From the NCBI GenBank assembly GCA_048213135.1, contig PS015054.1, forward strand, positions 195,812 to 259,811: DNA of 64,000 bases, in the 5' to 3' direction. This document shows, one piece after another, positions 59,201-64,000 of this stretch. The DNA is from Reclinomonas americana ATCC 50394. Its lineage: Eukaryota. How positions within the stretch are numbered: position 1 is the first letter of the stretch; every line of letters starts with the position of its first letter. The notes under the pieces are model-generated. The model was not told the DNA's origin. It did no database searches and worked only from the letters and a program-made list of their open reading frames with translations. Both the position numbers and the translations under genes were made by a program.

Positions 59201-62180
59201 GAAGACTCAAGCGATCGCTCAACGGTGGCGCCTCTGAGGCTGACCGATTGCGTGTGCTGGTGGAGCGCGTTTCGGACGCGTGGCATCAGCAACGAGCGGT
59301 GGCGAGTGCCTTTGGTCGCTGGAGGACCGGAGTGGCTCGTTTGCGACTGGAGCAGGCACAGCAGGCGACACCAGTGTCACGCAAGTCGGCACCACCCACA
59401 CAACCCACACCTCCCGTGTCTCGACTGCCGCCACCAGCGCGTCTGGATGTGGACACGGAGAGCATGGTTTGGGGTGGATGTGGAATCAAGGGATGCCACG
59501 AAGGAGTCGTTTTTCTCACTACGCTGTGTGTGTGCGTGTGTGCAGCGGTCAGATTCGCGCCGCGTGGGGAGCGCACCGATCCCCGTCGCTCATGTGACGT
59601 TGCGTGATGCAGGCGTGTGTTTTTGCGTACCCACCACCATTTTTGTGTACCGACGATCGAGTGCGTGCAGTATCGACCAGGCCACGTCACCGATGCCGCA
59701 GCCCGCAGCGTCGCGGTCACCTGCGCCACCGCCACCGCCACCTCCACCACCGCAGTTGTCAGTCGAGCCGCCATCCATTGTGGTGGGTGTTTTTTTCTCC
59801 GCCGCCGACTGTTCGTGTAGTTGCTGACTGCTGCTGGTCGCAGGTGGTTCCGGCTCAGGACACTCAGGTGCAGGAGAGGTTACAGCAATCGATTGAGGTT
59901 ACACTACTTGTGTGTGTGTCTGGTAGCATACACCAGCTTCTTGTGACTTACACACACGCGCGCGGTGCAGCAATTGAGCGTCGGTCTGCAGCACCTCGTG
60001 GAATCCACCGTCAAGTCGGAGGATCGAAATCTGAGTCGCATTGAGCAGCTGGCGGCAGCCGTCGGTCGTACCAATCAGGCCACCACAGAGGCCGTGAAAA
60101 TCATTCGCGTGAGTCGCCATCTTTATGTGTGTGTGTGCGCGCGCGTGTCACTGCGTGCGACTGAATGCCAGACACAGGATATGAAGCGCTCGGTAGACCG
60201 CGCACACGTGGCGCCAAAGCGGGACCGCACGCCACCACCGCCAGCCCCAGTCTCTGCACCACAGCGAGCTGCGCCAGCGAACGCCTTTACTGGCGCCATG
60301 CCGACAGTGGCGGGGGCTGTGGCGACGCACGGTATTCAGACCGAGTTGCGCTCGATTCGCAACTCGGGCACCATGACCGACAGTTGCGCTCGACTTGTAT
60401 TGGTGTGAGGTCGGAGAGTTTACTCACATCGCACTCATTTCGTAGGTGCCGATGCGACGATGGCGCCGCTGTCGGCAGGATCCTCGCCGCAAAAGAGAGC
60501 TCCACGGCCAGCGTCTGCACCAAAACCAGGCACTGCTGTTGCGTGACCCTTGCGCGTCCAGTGTGTGAAATTCTTTGCTCACATCCACTTTTTTCGCGCA
60601 GTCGTCTGGTCGCCTGCCGCCTCAGCTGGCCGGCAACCATCGGTCGTCGGATTTTACCTCCCGTCGGCGACCTGTTCCGCATGCTTCGCGACCACCGACC
60701 GCCTCGTCAACGAGCCACAAAACGACCCGACCGCGATCTGCGGCCGCCAGCGATCGTCACGACGCGCTGCCACCACAGCTTACAGTGGCGAGTCAATCGC
60801 CTTCGCCTCGTCGCGGTCGTGCGCGTCACGGCATGCGCAGCAGCAGCAGCATGAGTCCCCGCGATCCGCAGCGCTTGTCGTCGGTGCAAAACATTGTTGA
60901 TCGGATGGTGGAGGCCGACAAGGCCGCTGCCCGGACGGCGATGGCGCAGCAGCGCATGAACAGCGAGGCACTGCGACCGCACGTCGCTTCCTTGTCGTCG
61001 ACACTCTCGGCGACCACCACCGCGGACTCGACGCCGCTCACGGTGAGTCTGACTGTCGTGTCGTGTGTGCGGTGATTGCTTTTCCCGTTGCGTGCATGCT
61101 CACGCGTGGACGACACAACAACACAGGGAACGATTGGCGGTAGCAGTGGTGGCATGATGAGTTCGTCGGAGGTCCTCCTGACGCGCACCATTGGCATGGA
61201 TGTTGTTGTGCGGCCGACAGTTCCCATGGGTACCACCACGGTTTCGGCCATTAGCAGCGACATTTCACCCACCAGCAGCAAGAGCGGCAGCAACGCAAGT
61301 GGCACCAATACCGGTCACCTGCTCGCCGGCACCGTGACAACTGGCGTCTCGTTCGCGTCCAGTTCCACTGCGACGGGTTCCGGTCCAATGCCCTTCCGCC
61401 CCGACATGATCACACCGCCGCCTGCCGCACGTGTGGCCCCGACGCTGGCATGGCCACAATTGCCCGACACACCCGTTTCATTGCCGCAGCTGCCGCCAGT
61501 GCCCGTATCGCCTCCTCGTCGGTCGCCGTCGCCGCCACCGATGCTGCACAGGGCAGAGGATCCATTCAGTCGGCACCGCCACCAGCCGACCGACGCCGTG
61601 CGGACGGCAGGTCCGTCGGCCCCGGCGGCCCCCGCTCACGTGACCACAGTGCGGCGCGAGGTGCCGGTGGTGGATTCGCGTGACAGCAGCAAGTCCACAG
61701 CCTCGAAGCCCTCCGCAGGGTACATGCACAAGCAGGTCAAGGTGGACAAGGGAGTCAAGGTGTGTGTCCGCGTTTGTGCACAGCCGAGTGATGTGCATGT
61801 GAAGCTGCAACTGATGAACGGGGTGTGCGCAGCGAGCCACTCGTGCAGTGGCACCAGTGGCGGTCGACAGTGACTTGCTGTCGCCACCGGCGGCCGGCAA
61901 GAACACGCCGACCACCCTCCGACGGCACTTTGAGGAGCGCGCGGCCAGCAACCACGAGGATCAGGAGCTGATCCGGCGGTTGATGGCCGAGCAGCACGCA
62001 CGCTCCAATCCTGCATCGTCGAGCACCTCGCCCATTCCCACCGACGGCGATGTCGGTGTCAGCGGGATCGACAGGGGTGGTGCGCTGAAGAATCTCGATG
62101 CACCAAGCGGCTCCACCACTGCTTCATCGACGCCCACACTGATGGTGCTCTCCGACAACCCATCGCCCGACAACAAGTAA
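56287..62180 (+). CDS. Long coiled-coil protein with Pro/Ser-rich C-terminus (many exons)
   Basis: E/R/Q/L heptad-rich exons joined in frame from MSDAGASAAAPLV to …DNPSPDNK*. Confidence 0.75.
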
Positions 62181-62450
62181 TTGCATTTGCATGATAACAG
62201 GTACTACATTGGGGTTGGGGCTTTTTTTCAGTGGTGGCGTGATATACAGTGGGGGGGTTTCAAAATTGCGCTTCTGCGCACTGAAGGCAGAAGCGCTGCG
62301 GGGGTGCCGTCGATTACTAGGAAATTCGAGTGCGAGAGGAAAACAGAGGAGACCAAAGAGCGCTCGCACAAGTACTAGGGTGGGGGGGAGGAGGAGGGAG
62401 GAGTAGGAGGGAAGAAAAAAGTGGGGCGGGGAACCGAGAGATGATGATGC

Positions 62451-63032
62451 TCAGCAGAAAAGCTTGAGCCACTCGTTCTGGTCCACTACTCCGTCGCCAT
62501 TGGAATCAATTGTGGTCATTAGCGCGTCGAGGTCCGACTCGCTGAGATTCTCGCCGAGCGCTTGCAGCGCCGACTTGAGTTCCGCACGGCTCAACGCACC
62601 GTCACCATCCTAAGCAAACGAAGAAGGTGGTGATGATGAGCTTTGGTACAGAAACAAACAAACAAGGAGGCATCGAGGGGGACAACTCACCGTATCAAAC
62701 AGGTGGAAGCACTCGAGCAACTCGGCGTGCGGGTCGGTGGCATGTCGTGCATCGAGGAGCGCCATAAAGTCCTCGAGCGAGACAATGTGCTTGGAGGAGA
62801 TCGAGGCGGCGAGGTCCTTGGCCTCACTGGCCGTCACACTCAGACCGAATCGCGACAGCACGGTTTGGATCGACACATGATCCATGCGTTGCTTGCCTAC
62901 ACACACACACACACACAGAGAGAGCAATGAGCACACAGCACACAAGAGCGAGTGTGTGTTGATGAGTGTGTGCCTACCAGAGGAGAAGTACTCGAAGACG
63001 GCACGTGCGTTCTCGTAGAATCCGCTCGACAT
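62451..63032 (-). CDS. Calmodulin-like EF-hand protein, 3 exons
   Basis: ELLECFHLFDT|DGDGALSRAELKSALQALGENLSESDLDALMTTIDSNGDGVVDQNEW: two canonical C-lobe EF hands; degenerate N-lobe. Confidence 0.88.
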
Positions 63033-63472
63033 GATGATGTTGGTGGGTATGAGGGTAGTTGGGTTGTGTGTTGGTGGTGGAGGGCAAGTTGCGTACTCTC
63101 GAGTGGGAGACGAAAACAGTATGGTGAACAGTGCACGGTTGGCCCTTTCGTTTTGTTGACCACTTGTTCCGTGCCGGTGTGCCGTTCTTCCGTATTCGTA
63201 TCGCCCACACACACTTGATAACGAGAGAAAAAAACGGAAATCTTCGTTTGCGGTTGTTGTTGTCGTCGCACACACACACTCTCGCTCACACACACACTGT
63301 CACACAACACGCACGCGTGCCAGCCGTGATGCTGATGACGCATCCTATTCACAATTCATTGCCTTGCTCGTCACATGCCATGATTTCAGTGGGCGAATTG
63401 CATGACGTCACGCGGACAAACACCACTGTCCATTGTCCATTGTCCCTCACACTCACAAACACACACAAAGAA

Positions 63473-64000
63473 ATGGCGTCTGCGGCGGGTGCAAGCTCTG
63501 AACCAACGTCAGGCGCCGGTGGCAACACGGGCGCCATCAGCGACGTGATTGTGCATCCGATTGTGCTGCTCAGTGTGGTCGACCACGTCCACAGGATCAA
63601 CAATCCACGGTACACTTGCGCGCCAAAAAAAGAGGGACACAGAGAGAGAGTGTGTGTGTCTGTGTGTTGCTTGTCTGGCATGCACTCTCTTTGTGTGTGT
63701 GTTTGTGTGTATGGCATGCGTGTGCACATTCACGCTCATTCTCTTGTCGTGTGTGCGTGCGTGTGTGTGCGCCATGCTCACAAAATGCCCGCGCGCCACT
63801 CCCACGCACACACACACGCACGCACGCACGTTGTCCAGCATGTCATCATCTTGCCACTCACACGCACGCACATGCATGCACTTTGTGATGCTGTTGTCTT
63901 GTGATGAACCGATTTGAGTTCGCGCTCTTGTTGCACAGCGGAATTGCAGTCGCTCACTCTCTTTGCTCTTTGTCTTTCTTGTTGTGTTTGTTGTTGTTGT
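63473..64000 (+). CDS. RPN8: MPN-domain protein, probably 26S proteasome lid subunit RPN8/PSMD7 (first exon to about 63609, then intron; runs off window end)
   Basis: VIVHPIVLLSVVDH matches the RPN8 N-terminal motif; eIF3f/CSN6 are less likely. Confidence 0.75.

Noticed and set aside
62377-62432. G-rich tract as a possible G-quadruplex or telomere-like element
   Set aside because: Irregular; it is simply the complement of a pyrimidine-rich 3' region of the calmodulin-like gene.
1-64000. Alternative genetic code or stop-codon readthrough as an explanation for the fragmented ORFs
   Set aside because: The interruptions I traced are explained by GT-AG introns, and TAA, TAG and TGA each terminate conserved genes (G-alpha, RAD6, PIS).
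1-64000. tRNA, rRNA or snRNA genes
   Set aside because: None recognisable by eye; a covariance-model scan would be needed to exclude small intronic RNAs.

Overview
Gene-dense, intron-rich eukaryotic nuclear DNA (GC-rich exons; mostly short GT-AG introns full of TG/CA/CT/GA microsatellites; standard code with TAA, TAG and TGA all used as stops). The gene content suggests a flagellated, aerobic protist (DRC12/CCDC153-like, complex I NDUFC2, heterotrimeric G-alpha); the species cannot be named from the sequence. About 25 spliced genes were reconstructed by hand: PAT1-like, phosphatidylinositol synthase, an EF-hand/CTFxP-repeat protein, a PqaA/AprA-family hydrolase, erlin, G-alpha, DRC12-like, a triple SUEL lectin, a cyclin, TAF8, a large ankyrin/coiled-coil protein, a DUF506 protein, NDUFC2, RAD6, a 3-RRM protein, a WD40 protein, a GPI-anchored protein with about 17 FN3 domains, a polyQ protein, a coiled-coil protein, a calmodulin-like protein, the start of RPN8, and several hypotheticals. 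Most ORFs in the supplied track are exon fragments or artefacts. The most striking signal is in the introns: about 40 frame-supported 5' splice sites read GTTGCG(T), GTTGAGT or GTTYCG, i.e. the usual GTGCG/GTGAG motif shifted by one nucleotide and almost never preceded by exonic G. This suggests that shifted-register 5' splice-site recognition is a major intron class in this genome. All gene models are manual and lack RNA support.
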